Source: Phoronis australis
Lineage: Eukaryota; Animalia; Phoronida
Length of the DNA: 43,592 nt
Reading direction: 5' to 3'
Assembly (NCBI GenBank): GCA_002633005.1
Contig: NMRA01000086.1
Location: forward strand, 545,975 to 589,566
The notes beneath the pieces were generated by a model. The model saw only the letters and a program-made list of their open reading frames with translations, was not told the origin of the DNA and searched no databases. Position numbers and translations under genes: made by a program. Within the stretch, counting starts at the first letter, position 1, and each line of letters starts with the position of its first letter. Below are positions 1-11,600 of this stretch, in pieces.

Positions 1-2649
1 GGGATATGCTTGAGAGCCACAAAGTGTGCTAAAATGGTAGAAAATTAGGCGTAACATTTCTATAGGAGATAAAAGGTTGATTACCGCAGAAGGCCGATGT
101 CTTAAATGCCCAGAAAAAATTAGGAAGGCAAGGTGACTTGCCAAGAAAACGGCAGTCGGGGCACTCTAAAGGAAAGTACTTCAACCAATTCCAATTATCC
201 GGTGCAACTTCTCTCACTCGACGGTGTTGTTTCACGACACCGCAACCTCCCAAAAAAACGAAACGCGGAGGGTGAGATATTACAGAGTACAACTAGCAAT
301 GATTTGACAGTTGAGCTTGAGAAAACCCAGTGTTGAGCTATCCTTTATTAAAGACGTTCAATTTTCCGTTGAGAATCTGACTGAAGTCATAGATGAATGC
401 GACGGGAAGGATATCGAGGAGTACACGGAGAGAAAGGAAGCTTTAAAGATTGCTTTCTTTGAAGACCAGGAGCGAAACCGTGAATAATAAATTAATGAAA
501 AATGCATGGTATAGACACAATTAGAAGCTTTCAAACTATTGCGTTTGTGTGCTGTCCATATTAATATTTATTCTTGGATACAGGTTCCCACCTCAAAATG
601 AATTTCCCACGGTCGTTCTTTATGCCGATAGCAATTTTTTCGTCAACTGGATTAGAACAGGAATCAAAGATCTCTCGCGCGCTCAGTCTATGGTTCTGAC
701 ACTTCAAACTTTTGTCAACACGATAGCTAGCCTCAGAAAGTTCGATGTTGACCTAGTTCTAAACTTCTCTGCAACCCACTGTAAGGGGATGAAAACAATT
801 CAAAGTCCGCTCCTTGAAATAGGGCTTGCTTAGCTGGAATTTAGAACTGCGGTCATGGGAGTGTTTTCACCTCCTGATGGCGAAGCGATCGAGTTAGCTG
901 TGGTATCTTCATCAGCGCGTGATCTCAGCGGGAGGTCACCGCTTTATCCACTCAAGCGCTCGACAACAACTAAACTTACGAGAGTCTCAGAACTCCCACA
1001 TGCAAATTTGATATGCAAATAAGGGAGTACTTGACTACTGCGCCATCTATACATCGACGGAAAAGCTTAAACACCCGTGACTGCGTGTGGGAAATTGCGA
1101 TTGCGTGCGCTGAAGTCGACATTTTCAAAGTACAATTACACCACTGTTTAAGGTTGCAAAGTGAGTTTTTTTGATATCCTTCTATAGAAAAAGCTTTAAT
1201 CTCTCTGATGAAATTATCTGTTTCCTTTTAAACGAAACTTAAGTCCTAAAATTAGTCCGGGGAAGGAGGCCAAAAACGGCGGTTTAGCTAGTTGTCCCTT
1301 CCTGGTTATCTCTTCCTGCTATTACTGAGTTTAGGTACATAACTGACAGGCGGACAGACAGACGTCAGTGACTGAGTCTTTAAGGGACTTGGGGACGGCA
1401 CTGCCCGGCTATAAGAACCAGTGATTAGTGCTGTGCATCTACTCTGCATAATTTTTTTGTAACCATATTTGTTCATTGTATGCAGCGAGCATCAACTGTC
1501 AATATTTTGTTTTTATATGTTCAGAAGAACGTGAGCAAACTTGAACGCTATGGCTTATGAGCTCAACTAAGTTACATTCGGAGTCGTTGCATAGTTTTCA
1601 AACTTTACTCCCAAAAATGAACAATCTCGTCAATAAGGCCATGCGCAACTTTATTGTTGTTTCTGTTGTTCTGTAATTTATTCGTAATGCTTATTTATTG
1701 GTCACCTCATTCAAGTGGCCCTACTGTAGGCTGCTGACTCACGACTGTGTAGTTTCGCTAAGATAAGGATACCATTTCAGACATTTCTTACAACGTAAAG
1801 AGACAAAGTAGGTTTCAGGGCAAAAAAAACATTTCCAATACCGATGTAAAGGTTTGACTTTTTCCATCGCCGGCTACAACAATCTAAGTATGCAACAAAA
1901 GGTTTTCTAATCATCCATTTCTTAAATTTTTGGTTGCTGACTGAAAAGGCAGACTCATTTTAACAACTTTTGATCTCTTCTTGTATTGCGGCGATTTCCG
2001 GCCGGGATTCGATGACACTAATTGGCCCGCGTTCCTTGAAAAAAAAAACAATAGTGCAGCTTGGCGGTGCGACCCGGCAATTATGCCGCGACCGGCGCAA
2101 GAGGTGAGGCCCAGTCAGAAGTTAACTTAGTGGCAAACTTGTCCGATTTTATTAATTGATCGAAAATCGGCCTAACCCTACTTGGCACGAACTATACTCC
2201 TAACGAATTTTCAGAAAACTTTCAAAACGAAAATTAAAATAAAAACTTTTGATCCCGGCCCCCGTACCTTACGATGGTTTTGAATATTAAGACGCGATAA
2301 CACCTGAAAAAGCTTACTTGTCTCTGTCACCGGCAAACTTTCCACTCACTTTTAAACATTTCATTTCAATAGTATAGATCGATACGAAAGATGACATAAC
2401 TGTCCCGAAATCGAATTAACATTAAACCTACATCTTGTCTGAGCATCCTTGTCGTCTGCAGTGTTTGCTCACGTTGACTAGTTCACTCAGCCACCACGAG
2501 AGAGCAATAGTAGGTTATTTGATCCAATCGTCGCTCGAGTTACTCGTCCATTCCGTAATTACGGAAGTTACTCATTTTGGAATGATCTTGAGCAACAATA
2601 TTTGTTTACGTTTTTATTAAATTAGTCTACCGTTCATTTCGATTTCAAG

Positions 2650-2662
2650 ATGAAAATGCAAG
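2650..2662 (+). CDS. CHMP1A: CHMP1A coding exon 1 (ATG AAA ATG CAA G|gtaagt)
   Basis: Perfect GTAAGT donor at 2663. Phase 1 joins exon 2 to give GAT (Asp), as in M-D-D-T-L-F-Q-L-K of CHMP1A. Confidence 0.75.
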
Positions 2663-5600
2663 GTAAGTATCTTCTTACATCAGTATGTAGCCACTTACAG
2701 GACGTCTTGCACTACGTATTTGTTCTTTGGTAAACAGCTCGGCATGAATACAAGTCAAAAGTGTAAAGAAAAAACTGTGTCACTGCCACTGGCACTGGAT
2801 TGGATAAGTTTCCCTGACTACACTATAGCCAACCAGCTAGCTGCATGAAGACTATTGTCAAAATACAGCTGGTACCTCTGTGTGTTCCGTGCTGACAGAC
2901 CTCGAAATTGCACACTGTCTGGATAGTTCTGCTTGTCAGTGAAACTTATCAACATGTAAAGCTAAAGACAGGCAGGGCATGTAAAATCTGGGAGTCAGCC
3001 GACACTCACCTTGCCCGTTACAACTGTTTAAATGAAAAACAATCTAATCAACTTCATTTTCTTGTGTAATTCTCCGCCTTGTGTAACAATTAGAAAAAAA
3101 TCATCAGGATAACTATCGTCTGGCTCCAATGGTCGTCTGCCATCTTTCGTGTGTCTTCGCTCAGACCGGCAATAAGTCAGTATGAAAGGGCTTTAATACA
3201 TTTAACTTTGCTACTATCAAGGCTTCAAAGTTAACTGTGGTTAACATCGAAGTTAGCGATAGTGGTCCCATCACCTTCACAGTTGTAGTTCAGTAAAGTT
3301 ATTGCAAGGCGGCGCAAGGTCCTTGCTGTTTTTGACACTGCTTGCCATCAAAGACCTCTTCTTCTCCCTTGGTGGAAACTAGAACGTCAACTTCACAAGG
3401 CAGCCAACAGTTGACACGTTGGGATGATGACAATGTACTAGAAAATGACATACCGTTATTTAAAAAAATGACTCTTTCGCAGGCTAATAATAGCTGATCG
3501 GAACAAAGGCGATATGGAGTGGCGGCCTTGTTTTACATACATTGCTGGGGTTTTAGTGAGGGCGAATGTATTGAAATAGTTCACATAAAATTTTGTAAAG
3601 AAATTTTAAATTTGCCTAGCACGGCAATTTCAACGGCTATTAGAGGTGAGATAGGTCGCTACTCCTTGATTGCATACCGACTTCCTAGAATTATGAAAAC
3701 AATCCGTCAAAAATCACATATCATTGCTATGAATGGCAGTACAATATAACGGACAATGTTGATAAACTGTGCTGGGTTAATGAAGTTAAGAAATTGCTAA
3801 TTTCAGTTTGGTTTTGGAGAAGCATGGTACAATCAGGGTGTAGGTTCCGAGAAAAGCTTCTTATCACTTTTTAAACAGAGATGCAAAGATATTGATCAGC
3901 AAAACTGAAAAGAAATTTTGAACAATTTGATTAAGCTGGAAACTTACAGAACTTTTAAGTTAAATAAATGTTTTGAAAATTATTTAGATGTAATTGACTA
4001 TGTAAATGTTAGATCTGATATATGGTAAGATTAAGATATTCAGCCCATGCACTAATGATTGAAAAGGGTAGACACTTGAAACTTAGCAGACCAGAAAGGT
4101 TATGCCCTCTCTGTGTTAGGACATGTGTTGAGTCAGAATATCATTTTGCTACTGAATATCCATTCTACGATGACCTTAGGAAACGGTATTTGCCTGCGTG
4201 GAGCTACAACAATCCCATTGTTACAAAATTCAACAGACTCATGACTATGGAGGAAAAAGATCTTATTTGGTCAACATGTAAATGTGTTCATTTTGCATTC
4301 AAGCGAAGAAGAGCTCTTGTTACTTTTAGTGTTTGACACCTGTATTATATTTGATGATTTGATTGTAACAATAGGGCCAAAGTCACTTCGCTATCAATGC
4401 CTTTTGAGTGTAGAGGGATTCAGGGACGAGTTTGGAGGTAATAGATATATTTCAATTTTTCTTACTTGAACAAATGGTCTGACAAGGTTGTTTACCCATC
4501 CTTTCTTTTATTAGTCAATGAAATTGAAGACTTATCTCTGTGCATTCATTGTTAATGTGCTGAAGGTCAAACAGAAACACTCAGAGGGTTATGGGAAGGT
4601 CACTATCTGCCATCCACACCAAAAAAAGGCAGCACAGAAGGGGATCTTGCTGTGCATTTCTAAAAAATGAAAATCATATTAGCTGGACCTTTTATTCCTA
4701 TCAGTCTCAAAAGTCACCTTAACCTGACATGGTAGGATTTGTATTTTGTTATCATGCAAACCTCAAAAGTTTTTAAAATGAGTTGGGGGGGTTTATCTAA
4801 GAGATGAACACTAGTAGTATTACAGTAAAGTAGTAATCTGTCCTTGTTGTTTAACATCACTTTAGGTTCTTCCTATTATGTTCAAAATTTTTTATTTATG
4901 TTTTTTCAGATACCCTGTTTCAACTGAAGGTGAGTGTCTTTGTGTGAAGATATGTATGTAGATGATGTAGGTGTGTTGTAATTTTCTGAGTATGTGCAAA
5001 TTTCTTCGACTTTAGTGCAAGTGCTACTGAACATAATGCTGGCTTCCTCAGAGGAAGTTAGATTTACGGGGGTCATTGTTTTGTTCAACAGCTCTTGCAT
5101 GGAAGAAAACTTACTGCCATCATACAGAAATGTTTCTTTAAATTTCCAGAAAAAAATGAGTAGGATTGGAGAAACACAACGTTAATCTAGAGACATTTTT
5201 TATGCAATATATTCGAACATTTCTGATAGAAAACGTAATTTTAACTACTAACTTGTGAAATTTTGTTTCTTGCAGCATAAAACTGTATACAAGTCCATGT
5301 CCTGAAAACATTTAAAAATGTGATGATCCTGAGTATAAAGCTTGGTCTTTGGTTTGCGACCGCAATGGTCTCATCCAACCCATGAATAGCGTGTAGATCA
5401 CTTTAATTTTTAGTGGTTGTGCTATCAAGTCTTTGATGTGTCGAGGAATTTGCTGTACATTCTGGGGGTAAACAGTACACGGTTTCTTGTTCAAATCTTG
5501 TTAGCAGAATATTTGTCTAATCAATATTGGGAACAGAGAACGGCACAACCTTTTTTGTTAGTCGACGATTCTGACGGATGACCTCAGATATCATTTGGTG

Positions 5601-8600
5601 ACCTGTGATTGCGTCATGCTAAGTGTTGAGCGCTTACTATATTGTACACATATGAATTAAGATTTTTTGGTGCTTTTAATTTTCTTTCACGAATGGTAAA
5701 GTTGTTGCTTTCTGTTGTGGTGCCAGCTTTTACGCTTTTCTAAAACTTAAAAATTGTTACAGTTTTGTACTAAACAACTTGAGAGACACGCCAAGAAAGC
5801 TGAAAAAGATCAGAAGAAAGAACATGCAAAAGTGAAAAAGGTATGTTCATTCAAAGACTTCAAACTGATATGGTAATTCTAATACCGTAAAAATTCTCCC
5901 GTTTGTGACAGTCTCTAAAATTTGCGACACAAACTGAATTTCCTTTATTCTGAAGATTGGAACGTGGGCAATTTTGATATTCATCATATCCTCTAATGGT
6001 GGTCATTGTGTTTTGTATGAATGTTTGAAATAGCTGCCGACACAACGTTTTCTTGCATCCCAGTGTACATAACCTCTAGGTGGATGATCTCAATTCTTGA
6101 ATTTGAGAATGGCTAATGTGGCTGATTTCTAAAATGTGGTATATGCTTCAATCATGAGCAAAATAATTAATTTTATAGACTGTTCTAACAAGTAACAAGT
6201 CATAACAAGTTTTCCCTTCTTGTTTACTGTTCAAAGAAAGGTAATAAAAAATTCCACAAGGAATGGTCTCAATTCCTGTTAATTTAAAACAATTTGAATT
6301 TTGATCTCTGAAACATTTAACAAAAATTATTGTTATTAAATGCTTACGTACTTATCCTAGAAAGGTTAGTAAGCACGGTGGACTGTGCTGAAAGGGTAAT
6401 GAGCACGGTGGACTGTGCTGAAAGGGTAATGAGCGCGGTGGACTGTCTTGGAAGGGTAATGAGAGCGGTGGACTGTGCTGACAGGGTAATGAGCACGGTG
6501 GACTGTCTTGGAAGGGTAATGAGTGCGGTGGACTGTGCTGAAAGGGTTAAGAGCACGGTGGAGTGTGCTGAAAGGGTAATAAGTTTGGTGGACTGTGCTA
6601 AAAGGATAATGAGCGCAGTAGATTCTATTGAAAGGATAATGAGCACGGTGGACTGTGTTGAAAGGGTAGTGAGCGCGGTGGACTTTGCTGACAGGGTAAT
6701 GAGCGTGGTGGTAAGGGTAATAAACTGACCAGCGTCTCAAGTTGTACTATTACTTTGACTTTTAGGCACTGATGCAGAAAAATGTAGAGGGCGCCAGAAT
6801 ATTTGCAGAGAATGCGATCCGCAAAAAGAATGAAAGTCTCAACTACTTGCGAATGGCTGCCCGAGTGGACGGTGTGGCCAGCAGAGTCCAGTCTGCAGTC
6901 ACCATGCAGGGGGTACTACGTTCAGTCTCTTTGAATTTTAACTATGGCTTGTGAGAAACATTGCTTTGATGTGAAGAACCATTGCTGTATGTTCTGTCCA
7001 ATTTCTCATGTTTTTTAATGGACGTATGACTGAAACAAACGTTTTGAGATATGTTTTTAATGAAGGTACGACTGAAACAAAGGTAATTAAAGAAATGTTT
7101 TGTAGTCAACCTCGGTAACATTTACAGAAATATTCTTGCGGGACAGCAATGATTATAATTTTTTTGAAGATGTTACAGAGCCTTTTTTCTATCTTCTTTA
7201 AAGATCACCAGGGTAGTGATGATGTAATGGAATTAAATAGTCTCAAGCAAGTCATTCTACTGCAAGTCATTCTACTGCAAGTCATTCTACTGCAAGTCAT
7301 TCTACTGCAAGTCATTCTACTGCAAGTCATTCTACTGCTAGTCATTCTACTGCTAGTCATTCTACTGCTAGTCATTCTACTGCTAGTCATTCTACTGCTA
7401 GTCATTCTACTGCAAGTCATTCCACTCTTGTTTCCTACGTAAGTAATTGTCCAAATTGTCATATTTCAAAGACAGATTACTTTGCTATAAACTGAAACCT
7501 TACTAAATGTTATTTTATGTCATGTATATTACAGACTATGCTAGTAAAAGCCTAAATTTTTCTTAATATTTACTTTTGTCAAAAAACGACTTAACTTGTC
7601 AACCATGTTGTGTGCTAAATAAGTGAAAAATTACCATGGGCCCTGTATAATGGCCAGACCAAAATAGGCCATTAATTGACCCAGCCTGCTCTAACAAAAC
7701 ACTGTCTGTGAGTAGACTGACCCAGCTTCACGGCTCACTGCATCCAATCCTAAAAGTTGTGATTCTGCAATGTCTACACTGTGTAAAAAATTACCATGTA
7801 ATGTTGCATTGAATTAGCTGTTTCTAGGTAATTGCTGTTCCAGTAAAATCTGTATGGGAGGGGGGGAAGGCACCTTTTTTTCGCACCCACCACCCATATT
7901 TTTCATTTATTTCTTCAGTCTACCACCCGTAATTTTTTATAAGTTTGAAATGCAACCACCCGTAATTTTTTTTTGTTCTTGTGGTTGACTGCACAGGCGC
8001 TTGAGTTTATCTGTTCCTCCATCACCACTAACGTCATTCATTACTAAGAAAACATATGTTTCTTATATATGGTGATTAGCCATCGAGAAATTCGAGCACC
8101 TGTGGTTAAATGGTGTTATGGGCATGCCAATGAGGAGATCGGAGGGAGTGAAAAAGTCGGAGCTTTTTGCAAGTTGCATTTTTGTTTCAGTTTTTGTTTC
8201 TGTGCGGATTGTTTATAAAATTTACTAAAATTACCCACCATCAAACATTTATGGCCCAATGAAACAACAACGACCTGTAAATTATTATTTTTTTGAAGTA
8301 CGACCACCAGCCATTTTGAATTTAAATCAAACGCAACCACCCATAAATTTTTATTTCAGTTGCCTTACCCCCCACACAGATTTTGCTGGAACAGCCCTAA
8401 AGGAAAATGTGATTCTTCTTTTGCAAACAAATGCCACTTCTCCTCACAGTGGTTTTACCAGTTTGCACACGTGGGGGACACTTTCAGGCATGAGCCGGCA
8501 CACGTGGGGGACACTTTCAGGCATGAGCCAGCACACGTGGGGGACACTTTCAGGCATGAGCCAGCACACGTGGGGGACACTTTCAGGCATGAGCCAGCAC

Positions 8601-11600
8601 ACGTGGGGGACACTTTCAGGCATGAGCCGGCACACGTGGGGGACACTTTCAGGCATGAGCCAGCACACGTGGGGGACACTTTCAGGCATGAGCCAGCACA
8701 CGTGGGGGACACTTTCAGGCATGAGCCAGCACACGTGGGGGACACTTTCAGGCATGAGCCAGCACACGTGGGGGACACTTTCAGGCATGAGCCAGCACAC
8801 GTGGGGGACACTTTCAGGCATGAGCCGGCACACGTGGGGGACACTTTCAGGCATGAGCCAGCACTCAACAGGTTTTGCTGGTTTGTGAAATGCTTGAAAA
8901 AAGTACTTCATTATCGGAGACAGTTAGTAATCTGTGTACAGCTGATCTTCAGTACTAATTTTGATTTTGAATCTGTCAAAATTTCAGGTAGCCAAGAACA
9001 TAGAAGGAGTCACCAAGGCGTTAGATAAGGCCACGTCTTCAATGGACCTAGAAAATATCTCCAAAGTGATGGAGAAATTTGAGTCACAGTTTGAACACCT
9101 TGATGTGCACACATCTGTAAGTAGTGGTTGTGGTGTGTGTTAACATGGCTAAAGCTGAAGATTGCTGTTATTCTTGTTGTTGATGCTCAGGTGCACCATA
9201 TGCTTCTGGTCTACCCTTGATTTGGTGGTCTTAAAGTAGCATTCCTTGCAGACAAAATGATTTACCGCTAGTGTATTGGGAATTTCCGAATATAGGGTCA
9301 TTACCAGATATTTGGGAATTGTTCTTTCAAAAACGTCAAATGAATATATGCCCTAGGGTCTATTCGGAAATGGGGGGGCATATTTTCGGAAAATTTGTCA
9401 AGCATTTTGTGATGCAGTTTTTGCTAAACAAACAATATTTGTAAAGATTTTTTTTGAAATAAACACGTCCTTTCATCATATCTGTCAGGGTGTCTGGCAT
9501 CCACAGCTGTATCTCATGAACCACTTGCGGGGTCTTATAAAAATTTTGCAGTTATGTTCCTTTGTGGCTGGTGATGAGTTTCAAATCAACCCAAATACCG
9601 TTGTGCCCCCTAGTGGTAATTTTAGTTTTTTACATTTGGTTCAGTCTGTATCTTTAGAGTTCCTTGACGAATTTTCTTGAAATTCGGCGCGGATGGATTG
9701 GATCAATTTTACGCCACCTTGTGGACATTTTTATGCGCCCACATATTTGTATGTGGGGACATATTGCCGTCATCTCTGTCTGGGCATCCAGCGTCTGCAG
9801 CTGGCAGATGTGTTCCTATGAAGCTGACAACGAATTTTGGATGAATCGAACTACCGGTGTGCCTTCTAGTGGCAATTTTAATTTTTTACATTTACCTCAA
9901 ATCAGTTCTGTATCTTCAAAGGTCGTCAACAGATTTTCATGAAATTTGGCACATAGGCATCTATTAGCGAGTTGATGCTATTTTCTGGTTTTCAGATGGA
10001 TTCAAGGTGTTTTGCGCCACCTAGTGGCCATTTTTACTGTTTTCAAGTCTACCCCTCTATCAACCAAACCACTCTAAGGATGATTGTGAAAATTGGCATT
10101 TATGTTCTTAGTGTAAAGAAGATGGTTAGCGATTATTTTCCGACGACTTCGGCTATTGTGGCGCCTCCTAAGGGCAGTTTGTTGGGCCTATAGATGTGTT
10201 CCTATAAAGCTGATGACAGATGATGATGAATTTCAGACAGATCCGACTACCAGTGTGCCCCCTAGTGGCAATTTTATTTTTTATGTTTACCTCTTTATCT
10301 TAAGGATCCTCCACAGATTTTCATGAAATTTGTCACATAGGCATCTACGAGTGAGATGACGCTATCCTGTTTTCAGATGGATTTGAGGTATTTTGTGCCA
10401 TGTGGTGGCCATTTTTCTGTTTTTTGAGTCTGTTTTTAGCATCCGCCCCTCTATCAACCAAACCACTCTAAGGATGATTGTGAAAATTGGCATATATGTT
10501 CTCAGTGTGAAGAGGACAGTTGACTATGATTTTCCGACGACTTTGACTACTGTGGTGCCTCCTAGTGGAAGTTGCACCTATAGCTGTATCTCCTAAACCC
10601 ACTGCAGGATCTTTATTAAATTTATCATGTATATTTAATATATGAAGTTGATCGCGCAGGTCTATGACTGTCTGACCAATCTAACAAACACTGTGACCTC
10701 TGGTGGCAATTTAAGTTTTTTGTCATTTTTCTCTGTTTCTTTAGAGTTCCTGGACGGACTTTTATGCAATTTGGTAAATAGAAGACAAATTATTAAAGAA
10801 ACGATGATATGTTCCCGTTTTCAGAGAGATTCGATGTATTTTGCGCCACCTTGTAGCCATTTTTACTGTTTTGATCCTGTTTTTTGCCATGTGCCCCTTT
10901 ATTTGCCAAACCACTGTAAGGATGATTATGAAAATTGACATATGACTGTGTTCCTACTGAGAAAAGGATGGTTTACGATGATCTTCAGACAGCTCCAACG
11001 TGGCTCTTCCTAGTGGCAGTTTTTTTTGTGTCAGTGGCTGTGTCTCCTAAACTCTCTGCAAGACCTTTGTTAATTTTTCTGTCTTCTTCGTTATCTTTGG
11101 AGTTAAGCGATGACATCTTTCTGTTTTCAGATGGATTTGACATAGTGCATGCCACCTTGTGGCCGTTTTTATTATTATATACTTCAGTCAGTTTTTAGCG
11201 AAACCACTCTTTGGATAATTATGAAATTTGTCATATATGTTCGTACTGGGAAGAGGACAGGTGACGATAATTTTTGAATGGGTCCGACTACTGTGGTGCC
11301 TCCTAGTGCATATTTTTGCATCTGTGGCTGTGGTTCATAGGGGCAATTTGTCTTAAGTTTGTATCTTTGGAGATTTTGATGGATTTTCATGACATTTGGC
11401 ACATTGCTTTGAGAGATGGAGACACATTCCCATTTTTGGATGGGTTTAATGCATTCTGTGCCATTTAATGGTCATTTTTATCATACTAATACACCCCCTA
11501 GAAGCACGCTGTTTGCGGTGCAGTTGTGGCCACATTTCAACGTTCCGCATTGCTCGTTTTATTTTTGAGTCCGTTTTCTGATGTCTGCTTCTTTATCTAT

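Noticed and set aside
1-1151. Purine-rich, coding-like stretch (...LSFIKDVQFSVENLTEVIDECDGKDIEEYTERKEALKIAFFEDQERNRE*) with a possible TTAA terminus at 1148-1151
   Set aside because: Frames are interrupted, no motif is recognisable and any left end lies outside the window. It may be a decayed TE, but this cannot be supported.
8465-8860. CRISPR-like appearance of the 28-37-bp repeats (also 33661-34024 and 36439-36585)
   Set aside because: Units are head-to-tail with no unique spacers, there are no cas genes, and the context is eukaryotic introns.
6330-8911. Long repetitive ORFs (132, 97, 209, 222, 155 and 137 aa) on both strands
   Set aside because: They arise from intronic minisatellites with unit lengths divisible by 3; several frames are open at once and there is no gene structure.
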